DNA of 64,000 nucleotides from Cyanophora paradoxa CCMP329 (taxonomy: Eukaryota > Plantae > Glaucophyta). Below, one piece after another: positions 18,439 to 29,090 of this stretch. The position numbers and the translations under genes were made by a program. The stretch covers positions 1-64,000 of the forward strand of contig QPMI01000054.1 of NCBI GenBank assembly GCA_004431415.1, written 5' to 3'. Positions within the stretch are counted from its first letter, which is position 1, and every line of letters begins with the position of its first letter. The notes under the pieces were generated by a model that was given only the letters and a program-made list of their open reading frames with translations, searched no databases and was not told where the DNA came from.

Positions 18439-20598
18439 ATGAGCCCGAGTGCGCTCGAACTACCCCCCATTTATAGTTTTAATGCTCCAGCCGCCCAGCC
18501 TGCCCCGCCCTCACCGACGGCCCCGCAGACCCCGATCCGACCTCGCGCGTACCCAGCGCTTCTGGACCCGCCCCCCGCCCCTCTCCCCGCGCGACATAGA
18601 TCTAGATCCGAACCACTCTCCCGCACCGCGCGCGCTAGCGCTGTCTCCCCGCCCAGAGACCCCGCTGTCTCCCCCGCCCCCGCGATGCCGGCCTTGTCCT
18701 CTCGCCGAATGCACCATATCCTCGATCCCCACCTCTTCGCCTGCCCCCCTCGTGCCCGCGTGCTAGGATGCCGTCCCGCTTGCAACGTGCCCGGACATTG
18801 GGCACCGGGTCCCAAGGGGAGACCGCGAGCCACAGGCCGCGGGGGGGACACTCGAAAGGCAAGGCCACCAAAGACGCTAAGGCACCTCTCAAGCAAACAG
18901 GGCAGGCCTAGCCTCAAGCTCACCCGCAGCCCGCGAGAACCGAGAGCGGAGGGAACCGGAATGGGGGATCTAAACGTGATCATCACTCCTCCGCGGAACA
19001 AAGCAGACAGAACGCCGCCGGATCTATACCTACGGGCTCTGGCTCCCCGGCATCGACGCCGTCACCACCTTCCGACCAGTCCGCGAAGAGTCTACGCCAC
19101 CGCGGCCACAGTCGAAAGCACGTCGGCGGGCACCACTGCCACTCGCCCGGACCTCCGGCTGCGCCCGCAGTCAACCGTGGGCAAGCGAAGACGCCGCGTC
19201 GACAAGAGCGGTGATAATAAGTCCACGCGCACCCTGCAGAAGCTCGCTGCACCACCCCGGCTCGCCGGCCCACTGCGCCTCCAAACAAGCATGACGGCGG
19301 GGCACCCGCCGCCTCGCGCACTCCCGCCCCGATCCCCGTGGCCCCAGGGGGTCGGCCGACCAGTCAACCAAGCGCACGTGGACTCCGGGCTCGCCGCTGA
19401 TCCGGGTGCGCTGAAGGATCACGGGCCGGAGCGCGCGCCGCTGCGGCAGAGGCTGCGACACGCAGGTCACAATGAGGACGAGATGCTTCTGCTCCACCTC
19501 GTCCCAGAGATGATAACAATCGAACTGTCTATGCCTAAGACCGAACTGCTCAGGCTCGGGCCGCCTCTCCTGGAAAAGTCGAATGCCAGGGGCGCATCGC
19601 CAGAGCGTCGAAGTCACCTCACGAGCGCGCCGAACCGGGCCGGTCCACTGAGCTCGCAGACGCTCGAGAAGAGCGAGATGGCTAACGCGAGATGTGATCG
19701 GCTCACCGCGAGGCCGGCCGCCACACGCAACAGCACGCGGCACTCTAGGCATTTTGGCGGGGTGCCACTCCCTTCGCTGCCGCTGGCAGGTGACGCGGAA
19801 CATGATTGCGCAGCTGGACCTCGGCTAGCTAATGGCACCGAGCGCCCTGCCCGCCCAAGCACTCCCGTACCCCCCCACGGATTCTCCGGGAATTTCTCCC
19901 GCTGCATGGCCGCAGCGAGCAACGAGCCGGCGGTCGAAGGGACCTACACTCGGGTCCGGATAGCCTATGGGGAAGTCCCCAACGCCAGCCTTCACCCCCC
20001 GCACATACCGGACGTCACGGTCCTGCTGGAGGCGAGCGGCGACCACTACGCCCTCTTCAATGGGCGCACGCACCACCTCCTGGTCGTCCCCGGCGACATT
20101 GAGCGCGTGACGGCACTGCGAACGACGGAACACGCGGATGAACTTCGCGTCCTGATGTCGGATGAGACGAACTGGCAGGCAACTGGGAGCCGCCGCGTGG
20201 GGAGCATCACCCTGCGATGGGACGGCAAGACCGTGCGCTCCCGCGTCTGGCTAGCTGGTCCGCCACCGCATACGCAGCACGCGAAGTGCCGATCGTCCTT
20301 CCAGCACCGACTGCGCTCGCAGGAACGCGGGGCTCAGGGCGCGTGGTGCTTCCAGCGGCGTCTCGGCCGCTGTCACAGATGCACGAATGCCTCCTCCGGA
20401 ATCAAGAAGCGCAAGGCCCGCAGCACTTTCCCCGCATGGCTGACCCCACCGTTCCCCGGCCGCCGCTGCTCGGCTGGCTCCGCTCTCCTGGCTATTACCT
20501 TAGCTAGCTATGAGGGCCCTAACAGAGGCGCCCACGCTCCCCGCCATGTCTTAAATACAGATGCAGTCTCTTTTTGCCTGCGCGTCGCCTGCCCCTAA
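18439..20598 (+). CDS. Additional ~720-aa ORF, or N-terminal extension of ORF2
   Basis: The ATG is 1 nt after the ORF1 stop (tgaCatg). The frame is stop-free for 2.1 kb and overlaps the ORF2 start. The segment at 19906-20300 looks globular. Confidence 0.4.
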   Translation: MSPSALELPPIYSFNAPAAQPAPPSPTAPQTPIRPRAYPALLDPPPAPLPARHRSRSEPLSRTARASAVSPPRDPAVSPAPAMPALSSRRMHHILDPHLFACPPRARVLGCRPACNVPGHWAPGPKGRPRATGRGGDTRKARPPKTLRHLSSKQGRPSLKLTRSPREPRAEGTGMGDLNVIITPPRNKADRTPPDLYLRALAPRHRRRHHLPTSPRRVYATAATVESTSAGTTATRPDLRLRPQSTVGKRRRRVDKSGDNKSTRTLQKLAAPPRLAGPLRLQTSMTAGHPPPRALPPRSPWPQGVGRPVNQAHVDSGLAADPGALKDHGPERAPLRQRLRHAGHNEDEMLLLHLVPEMITIELSMPKTELLRLGPPLLEKSNARGASPERRSHLTSAPNRAGPLSSQTLEKSEMANARCDRLTARPAATRNSTRHSRHFGGVPLPSLPLAGDAEHDCAAGPRLANGTERPARPSTPVPPHGFSGNFSRCMAAASNEPAVEGTYTRVRIAYGEVPNASLHPPHIPDVTVLLEASGDHYALFNGRTHHLLVVPGDIERVTALRTTEHADELRVLMSDETNWQATGSRRVGSITLRWDGKTVRSRVWLAGPPPHTQHAKCRSSFQHRLRSQERGAQGAWCFQRRLGRCHRCTNASSGIKKRKARSTFPAWLTPPFPGRRCSAGSALLAITLASYEGPNRGAHAPRHVLNTDAVSFCLRVACP

Positions 20599-23500
20599 CG
20601 CACCGGATACGGAGGTAGCTCAGCCCGCCGCCACGCAAGCCCAGCCAGCCCCCCTCACCCTCACCTTCAGTAGTCTCTTCCCGCCCGCGCACTTTGCTGC
20701 TGGGAGCCCTCTCATAGGCCCGGCGCCCGCCCTCCCCCGCCACAAGCCCGCCGGTGCTCTCAGAGTGATGACGTTCAACACAAGGGGCACGTCGGCGGGC
20801 CGGCTACAGCAGGCGGAAGACTTTGCGGCGAAATGGGCACTAGATTTGATGGCGCTGCAGGAGCTCTCGATTTCGAATGCTGAGTTGCAGGCGGCTCTCT
20901 TCACCCCGGCCGCTGCCCCCGGCGAGGCCCCGCTCAGCTCGATCACGCGCGGGAGGCTGATCCACTCGATTAAGAAATCGAAAACCAAAGGGAACGGGAC
21001 TGCTCTCTGGGTCGCCGAGCCGTGGGCGCGCCACATCGCGCGGCACTACCGCTGCCCGGGCAGACTCGCCGGGTGTGAAATCCGCCTCAAGGCGAACCGC
21101 CAGCTGTTCGTCGCGAGCGTCTACATGCCTCCCACCGAGAGTAAACCTGAGCACATCGCGGATCAAAAGGCGCTGATGGGGTGCCTCGAGCGCATCAACG
21201 CGGACTTTCGCTCTCGCGCGAAAGCTCACCTGATTCTCCTGGGTGACTGGAACTCTGTTGCGATCCCGGCCATCTCCCGCATTCGTCAAGGCAGCTTCGT
21301 CCAGTCCCAGATACCGGAACGCGCGTGGTGGGGGACGCTGCGAGGCACTTGGGGACTGTTGGATGCGGCAGAAGAGAAAAGAAAAGGAGCGGAGGTCACC
21401 TTTATTGCCCGCCACGGCCCGCCAGCGGAGACATCGGGGGCCCCGCCAGTGGACGACGACGAAAACGGGGACTCGGCGGCCGAGGCGCCGGAACTCGTGC
21501 TGGACGACCGCCTGCTGGATCCTGCGCCCGACGACGTTATCATCTCGGCGGGGCGCATCGATGCGGTGCTTCACTCGGCGAGCCTGAAAAAGGCGCTGCG
21601 ATCGGTACATGCACTGCCCCGAGCCGTGGCCATGCCGCACCCCTCCGATCACCTTCCCGTCATGGCCGACTATGACCTGAAAACGGCGGGGCTCAGCCAG
21701 CCAGCCAAGGACGAGGCGCGCCCGGCGAAGCCCCCGCCCCTCTTCGCGCTGCACCTCATAGACAAAGAAAAGCTCCCGGCGTTCCGAAAGGCGGTGGAGG
21801 AGCGCTTGAAAGGACTGGAGACAGAACTGGACAAGGCCCTGAACGGCGTCGGCGGCGGCACCGACGAGGAGCGGCGGGAGCGAATCGGTACCCTCTACCG
21901 GCGGGCCACCGAGGACGTGCTGGCGCTAGCTAAAGAACACAAGTGCCTGAAAGCGCGCGGCTCCCGCCCCGCGAACCGGCGGCCGGTCGCATGGCAGCTG
22001 GTGATGGACAGGAAGGTCGGTCGCCTACTCGCTGGATGGGCTGCAGAATCCGCTGGAGGCTTACCATCATCCCGATTGATCACCCGGATCGAGAAACTTG
22101 AGGGCCTCGTCAAAAGCCTCGTCCCGGGACCCGAACCCATGCCGCGCCGCCTCGTCCGTGACCCGGACGACGCAGCGCCCTTCCCGGCCCGCTACGGGTC
22201 GTGGCGACTCTACTTCAAGCTCCTGAACAACTGGCGGAACCGCGTTCGCAGACGCCACCAGAAAGAGACGAGCGCAGAACGTAACCGGCAGATCCAGGAG
22301 TTCGTCACGGCGCGCCAGGCACGCTTTGCGGACCCGCGCCAGCTGCGCAGCTATCTAAACTCTGTACTTGAACGCTCGCGCGGGGAGCCGATCATGCACG
22401 TCACGCGACTAGCGCGCGACGGAAACTTTTACGAAATTTACACGTCCCCCGATGAGGTCAAAGCCGTCATGGCCGAGCACTGGGAGCAATGGTGTGCCAA
22501 ACGCAACCCCCAGCTTGGCGGCACAGTCGACCTGGTGCCCGACTCCGCGCTAGACTACCTGCCCCCCGACTTCTGGCGTGCAGCCTACCGGCCCCTGGTT
22601 CTGCAAGCTGGTGCAGCAGATGCATTCGCCGGGACAATGATCGAGCCTACGTACGAGGAGCTAGGGGCGTACGTGCGCTCGCTGACAGACGGGGCGGGCG
22701 GGCCCTCGAACTGCACAAACGCAATCTTGAAGACGCTCTGGAACCCGGAGCTGCCCGACGCGATGGATCCGGAGGCGTACCCACCCCGCGGGCGCCGGCT
22801 CCTGATGGCGATCGTCTGCGAGGTGCTCCGCCTCCGCGACCTGCCCAGCGAGATGTGTGAGAGCAACATCTTCGGGATCCCGAAGAAGGGGGTCTGGGAC
22901 GGGGACATCGAAGGCAATCTCCGCCCCATCACGCTCCAAGAGGTCGGCCTGAAGCTAGCAACGGGCCTGCTCACGAAGCGACTAGCGGATGCTATAGAGA
23001 AGCACGGGGTGCTGAAGGGGGTGAACTACGGCTTCAGGAAAGCCAAGTCAACGGACGACGCCTTGCACCTCACGGTGGCCATCCTAGAGGACGCTAAAGA
23101 GCACCAAAAGCCCATCTATATCTTGCTCCAGGACATCCGGCGGGCGTACGACTCAGTGTCGTGGGTCAGCATGGAGCTCTCCCTCCGCCGGATCGGGGCC
23201 CCGGAGGGGTACATTGACCTGCATCGCAATATCTTTGAGCGCCGGCGCGCGCGCGCGATCACGGGGCACGGACTCTCTGACGCCTTCGAGCTTGAATGCG
23301 GCCTTCCGCAGGGCGGCATCGAGTCACCGCTCCACTGGCTCATCTTCTACGATGCCCTCCTCTGCGCTCAGCAAGAGTTGGACAGAATCGACTGCGATCA
23401 AGGCGGGGAGGGGGTCGCGTACGTTCTGGGCGATGCGGTCGCGGACGCCGGGCAGCCCCGCGCGCGCGTCACGGGGTGCGCGTACGCGGACGACACCCAG

Positions 23501-26500
23501 TGGTGGAGCGGCACAGCGGCCGGGATTCAGAGACTGGCCGACGTGGCCTCCGAGTTCTTCCGCATGCACGACATTACGGTCAACGCTTCGAAAACCGAGT
23601 TCACGTACAACAACGTCTCACCCGAGCCAAAAGCTCCGCTGCTGGGCCATCCGCGCGTGCCGGTCGGCAAGAAACTGGCGCCGGGCGCGCACTTTAAGCT
23701 GCTCGGCGTCTACTTGACCGCGAACCTGTCGTGGACCGAGCAAATCAGACAGATGGAAGCGCAAGCCCGCGAGACCGTTGCGGTCATTGCACGCAAGCAA
23801 CTGACCGCGCAAGAGGCCTGCTACATCGTCGAGGCCGTCGTGCAGGCCCGGATCGCGTACGGGCTCAAGGTGGTGCCGATGTCGGAAGCCCAGTGCGACC
23901 GTCTGGACGCCATCTGGCTGCGAGTAGTTAAGCACCACGGTGGACTAGCGGCGTCGACATCGAACTATGCGCTCTGGAGCCACGGCACGTATCGCCTCCC
24001 GCGCACGGCGCACCTGATGGCCAAGAACCAGATCACGGATCTGCTCGCGCGGCTCTGCGGCGAGCCTGACGATCTGCTCTCCCAGGTGATGGCCCACCGC
24101 GTTCGCGCCCTCCAGCGACAACTAGGCGTGCCGTTGCTGCCGACAGAGTTCCTGAACGCGCGCGTCACGCCCCAACTCGCGAAGGCCAACACGATCGCCG
24201 CTGTGATGCCGCTGCTACAGCGCCGTCAGTACAGGATCCAATCGAACCACGCACGCTACGTGAGCGCCCCGTACCCCCCTGGGAGTGGGGTACCCTGGCC
24301 GAAGCCGGCAGAGCTCATGCGCGAGTACGTTTTGGCGACTCATATCCCCAAAGATATCTTCAACGACGCCGCTCCTGCCCTCTATGCTGCCGGCATGTAC
24401 TGGATGTCCTCTGTCACAGCACGCGACGGCGAGCGCCTCTGCACCTGGCGGGACCTGCACCTCCGCGCCCCCCGCGACACACTGCCTTGGGCCGCCCCCC
24501 CCTGGTGGAAACCCCTGGCCCAGGCCCTGACGCTAGACTCCATCGGCAAGGGCGCCCTGCGGTACCCGATGCGGCAGCCCCCCGGCACCCCCCCCTCGGC
24601 CATGGCGCAGCTGCCAGGCGGAGCTAAGAAATACATTCACCGCCCGGACGACTTCATCTGCTACTTCGACCTAGCGACCATTCACGATGCCACGATACCG
24701 CCCCACGTAGGACGCCTCCGTACGGCGGAGTCCGAGCCGGGCCGCCTCGTTGCGACGGAATGCCGGCTCGAACACTGGATCCCTGTCCCGGAAGAAGCGG
24801 ACCCGGTCGCCGACGGCGCCTACTGCCGCTGCGATGGGCACTGTCAGCACGAAATCCGGGAGCCGCCCCTTGCGCAGCGCCGCTACAATATCATACCCGG
24901 GGAGGGCCGACGGCACTGGCACGACGATCACACCTGCCCGCGGGCCGCCGGCGCGGCCTGCCGCGCGACGAGCACCTGCGACGATGCAGGGGAGCACGGC
25001 ACTTCTATCGGGGGCTGGGTCGAACACGCCGCCGCGCTGGGAACCGTACCTGGCTCCATGTCAACCGCTGCGCTCAGCAACGTGCCCGTGGACGAATGCG
25101 AGGGCCAGGTCGCTACCCGTTCAGGTCGCGCCAGCCGCAAGGTCCTGCGCCAAGGCTTACTCGAATACTTTCACCCCGGGCGAACCGCGGCAGAGGCGAT
25201 GGACGCGCACCGGTGGCGGATGCTGCTGCAAGCCAGGCAGGAAGGGGACGAGCGCGTTCAATGGCACCTCCTCTCACCCGAGGATGCCGCCCGCCTCGCC
25301 GAGCTGGAAGCGGACCCGCCGGATCCGTTGCACCTGCCGCAAGACGAGGCGGCCCCGATTACCGATAGGCAGGCACGGCAATACTACTGCGCACTGAGGG
25401 ACGAGGACTCCTGGGCGACCTTTCTGCAGGCATGGGATGGGCTGGAGGGGGACCTCCGCCGCGAGCTGTGGGCAGCTGAAGCCGCCTCCGACGGGACCTA
25501 CGAGGCGGCCGCGCCAGCCCAAGCCTGGACGGACGGGAGCCTGCTGGACGGTCAGACGAGCCTAGCGCGCGGGGCCTATGCGGTCCACTGGCCCGCGCGT
25601 CACCTACGCACGGGCGCGAACCTCCACCCGCCGGAAGTCTTTCCCAGCTTTCGCGCCCGCCTGAGTGGGACGCAGGAGATCAACAAAGCGGAATTACAGG
25701 CAGTGCTTATGGCGGACATGCTATCCCCGTTCGGAGCCGTCGTCCACATCGACAACCAGAACGCGATCCGCTGGTGTAAGGAATTCGTTCTCGACGCTGC
25801 CCAGCGTAGCCCGCGGGAGTACATCCGGCACGTCTGCTCTGCCGAACTGTATGCGTGGCGTAAGCTCAGGACCCAACTAGATATGCGGGGCGGCCGCTCA
25901 CGCTGGTGAAAGTGAAGGCGCACGCGCAAGGCGAAGCGCGCGACCTGCACAATGACGTTGCCGACGCTCTTGCGAATCGCACAGCCGACGAACAACTCCC
26001 TGCAGAGAGTCTTCACGAGCCCGTTTTCCTGCCACCGGAGTTCAGCATGCCAGCCGTCCTCACAGTCGGTAACGGGGACGGCACCGTGCGACGGGTGGAA
26101 GGCGACCCGAAGGAACACATGGACACCTTACATGAGCATCACACACACTTCGCTTGGGCTCAACAACCACTGGCTGGTGCGTTTCTACGCCGCGGAGACG
26201 CCGGGGCAGACATCGGCGGGCTGTACGCGGAGACAGCCGTAGGACCCCGGTTCCGCGGCGCGAGCGGAGCTCGCAACGCGCTTTTCAAGTTCAGGACCCA
26301 ATTGATCTGCAGCTCGCTCCCAGCGAACGAAGTCCGGGTACGGGATAGGCCTGACCTCTACGCAGCCTATAACCCGGGCGGCCGCTGCGCGGCCTGCGCC
26401 ACGAGGACACCGAGTACCCGGCGAGACCGTGCAAGCCCAGCTGAAGCGAACGAGCAGCCAGTGCAGGCCGGCCCCAGCAGACGGCGCGAGGTACCGATAG

Positions 26501-27201
26501 CTCTCACGGCGGGCCCGGCGGAGACATTCACACACGTCTTCCTCTGCCCGGGGCCCCATGCAGTGGCGCACCGCGCGGAGACCGCCCGTGAACTGAATCG
26601 CTTCCTGCGGCGCGCCCACCGCGAGACTCACGGACCCCAACTCAAGAACATTGATCCCACGATAGCGCTCACCTCCGGCCTTGTGCCCACCTATCTGCGC
26701 GTAGCCGACGATGACGCCGAAGCGCGCAGCTCCGACGACCGCCCAACCACGTACTCGCGGCTCTGGGTCCTCCAAGGTGTTGCCCCGCAGTCGCTCGAGC
26801 GGGACTTGATCCGCGCCCTCGACCTCGACCCGCACCGCGCGCCCCGCACGGCCAAGCGCGTACGCCAGATGCTGATCGAACGCGCGCGTCGGCTCTGGGC
26901 CAGCCGGTGCGAGATCAACGCAGCATGGGAACGAGACTGTCGCATCTCTCAAACCACTAAGCGTCGCCCGCGCCCGCCCCGCACAGGAGCTAGAGCTAAA
27001 GAACGCGCCCGCGGACCCCGGGTCCCGATAGAGCTCTGTCCTGCCTGCGACGGGCCCATACACCTTCATAACGACCTTCGCGCAGCTCAGAACGCGGACT
27101 GCCCGCCGGAATACCGAGGATGGAAGGCAGCGCTTCAAGCCCAAGAGCTCTACGACAGCACCAAGGTCCGCCCCTGGAGCCTGCCCCCCCCGGACGATTA
27201 A
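20561..27201 (+). CDS. Retrotransposon ORF2: AP endonuclease - reverse transcriptase - RNase H - CCHC (1-nt frameshift at ~25897)
   Basis: APE: MTFNTRG, LQE, LLGDWN, RID, SDHLPV. RT: RPITL, NYGF, QDIRRAYDSV, GLPQG, YADD (23483). RNase H: WTDGS, NKAEL, HIDN, (LTL)VKVKAH, NDVADALA. C-terminal CAAC...ETFTHVFLCP. Confidence 0.95.
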
Positions 27202-28293
27202 CCTACCCTCGTAGGGGGAGGGGGGGGGGGGGGGGGGGGCTACAACTGGAGGAGACGCGGAGACACGGAGACTCCACCACTACGCCCACTGACGACCTCA
27301 CTCTCAACCTATCACCTACGGCCGCCCGCCGGGCCCTCGCGCCCGCCGCCGACCCGCCGCCGCCTGCGCGACTTGCGCCTCCACACCTCCCTCGCTACCG
27401 CCGACACGCTCGCCTCCCGCCGCCACCGCTGCTCTTGCCCCCTCTGCCCTCTCTCGCCCATTGCCCCAGTCGCCCTCTCCCACGGCCCCACCTTTCACCC
27501 CTTCTGCCCCGCCGTTCTGCTGATCTCCCGCTACCCAGGGAGGGGACGGTGGTGCGGGCTGCCAGGTGGAAGGTCGTCGGTCGGCCGCTGAACCCACCGG
27601 CGCCTGCCCCGGCCACGCGCCAGGCCGGGGCGGTCGGACCGCCGCGGGGGGGGCTCGTCATTGCCCGCGGCGGGGGGGAGGCGGTCGGCAGGCGGCTGGA
27701 AGCCCGGCGGAACGCGCCACTGGAACCTCCCTCCTCCCGACCGCGGCCGCCCGACCCGGTCCTCCCCCGTCCTTTCCCGCCGCCCAATGCTGCCCCATGC
27801 CGTGCCCCCCTCCTCGCCCCCATCCCCCCTTCCCCCGACCAATCTTTCCCGATGCTCTGAGCCCGGCGGCCCCACCAGGCCTGCTCTCGCACGAGCGAGC
27901 CCCCGACCCGACCCGCCGTGCCGACGACACGGCGGGCCGTACTCTAGCGTGTACAGAGTGGTTAGATTATAGTGCGCCTTCTCGGAGGCCCTAGCCTACT
28001 AGGCATAGAGCTAGCTACAGCTGCAGCTCACTTCGCTGCCCGCCTCTGATTTCTACTCTCGTCCCCGGGTAGCCACTCCCTCTCCCGCGTAGGATCTTTC
28101 CTGTGCTGCAGCTCTACTACTAGGCTGGACTTAGTTCCCGGGGTAGCGTCTTCAGTTACTTTCATATCCGAGCTCCACCCGGTCCGATGTCCGAAAGGCT
28201 TAGTCCCGTAGGCTCATCTCTCGACTTGACACAGATGGACACCTCAGCTATATCTCTAGCCATTTGTCTCGGTGTGTGCGAATTCATTCGAGA

Positions 28294-29090
28294 GCCGCCG
28301 CCTGCCGAGCCGCGCCGCCGCCTGCCGAGCCGCGCCGCCGCCTGCCGAGCCGCGCCGCCGCCTGCCGAGCCGCGCCGCCGCCTGCCGAGCAGCGCCGCCG
28401 CCTGCCGAGCCGTGCCGCCGCCTGCCGAGCCGCGCCGCCGCCTGCCGAGCCGCACCTCTAGATCTGCCCACCGCGCTCCCGTCCCGCCTGCCGAGCCGCG
28501 CCGCCGCCTGCCGAGCCGCGCCGCCGCCTGCCGAGCCGCGCCGCCGCCTGCCGAGCCGCGCCGCCGCCTGCCGAGCCGCGCCGCCGCCTGCCGAGCAGCG
28601 CCGCCGCCTGCCGAGCCGTGCCGCCGCCTGCCAAGCCGCGCCGCCGCCTGCCGAGCCGCGCCTCTGCCCACCGCGCCCCCGTCCCGCCTGCCGAGCCGCG
28701 CCGCCGCCTGCCGAGCTGCGCCGCCGCCTGCCGAGCCGCGCCGCCGCCTGCCGAGCCGCGCCGCCGCCTGCCGAGCCGCGCCTCTGCCCACCGCGCCCCC
28801 GTCCGCCTGCCGAGCCGCGCCGCCACCTGCCGAGCCGCGCCGCCGCCTGCCGAGCCGCGCCGCCGCCTGCCGAGCCGCGCCTCTGCCCACCGCGCCCCGT
28901 CCCGCCTGCCGAGCCGCGCCGCCGCCTGCCGAGCCGCGCCGCCGCCTGCCGAGCAGCGCCGCCGGCCGGCCGAGCCGTGCCGCCGCCTGCCGAGCCGCGC
29001 CGCCGCCTGCCGAGCCGCGCCGCCGGCCGGCCGAGCCGCGCCGCCGGCCGGCCGATCATGAGCTGAGCTGCCACGCGCGCGTCGCGCCTC
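28294..29090 (+). repeat. Long 20-bp minisatellite array (~35 units, with ctctgcccaccgcgccccc variant units) plus 50-bp tail
   Basis: Same unit as 17653-17790 and ends in the identical tail gccgatcatgagctgagctgccacgcgcgcgtcgcgcctc. Confidence 0.92.

Larger units (their letters stand above)
17831..28290 (+). mobile_element. 5'-truncated non-LTR retrotransposon (APE-RT-RNase H type; L1/Proto1-like placement tentative)
   Basis: Truncated ORF1, long pol ORF and ~1-kb 3' UTR, flanked by direct repeats. The 3' boundary is approximate. Confidence 0.88.

Noticed and set aside
25890-25915. Programmed ribosomal frameshift within RNase H
   Set aside because: There is no slippery heptamer, and a single missing C restores RLTLVKVKAH, like the other indels in the window.
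28294-29050. CRISPR-like array
   Set aside because: Units are contiguous tandem 20-mers with no unique spacers, there are no cas genes, and the context is eukaryotic.
17653-29090. LTR retrotransposon (direct repeats read as LTRs)
   Set aside because: No protease, integrase, PBS or TG...CA ends. The APE domain and 5' truncation indicate a non-LTR element.
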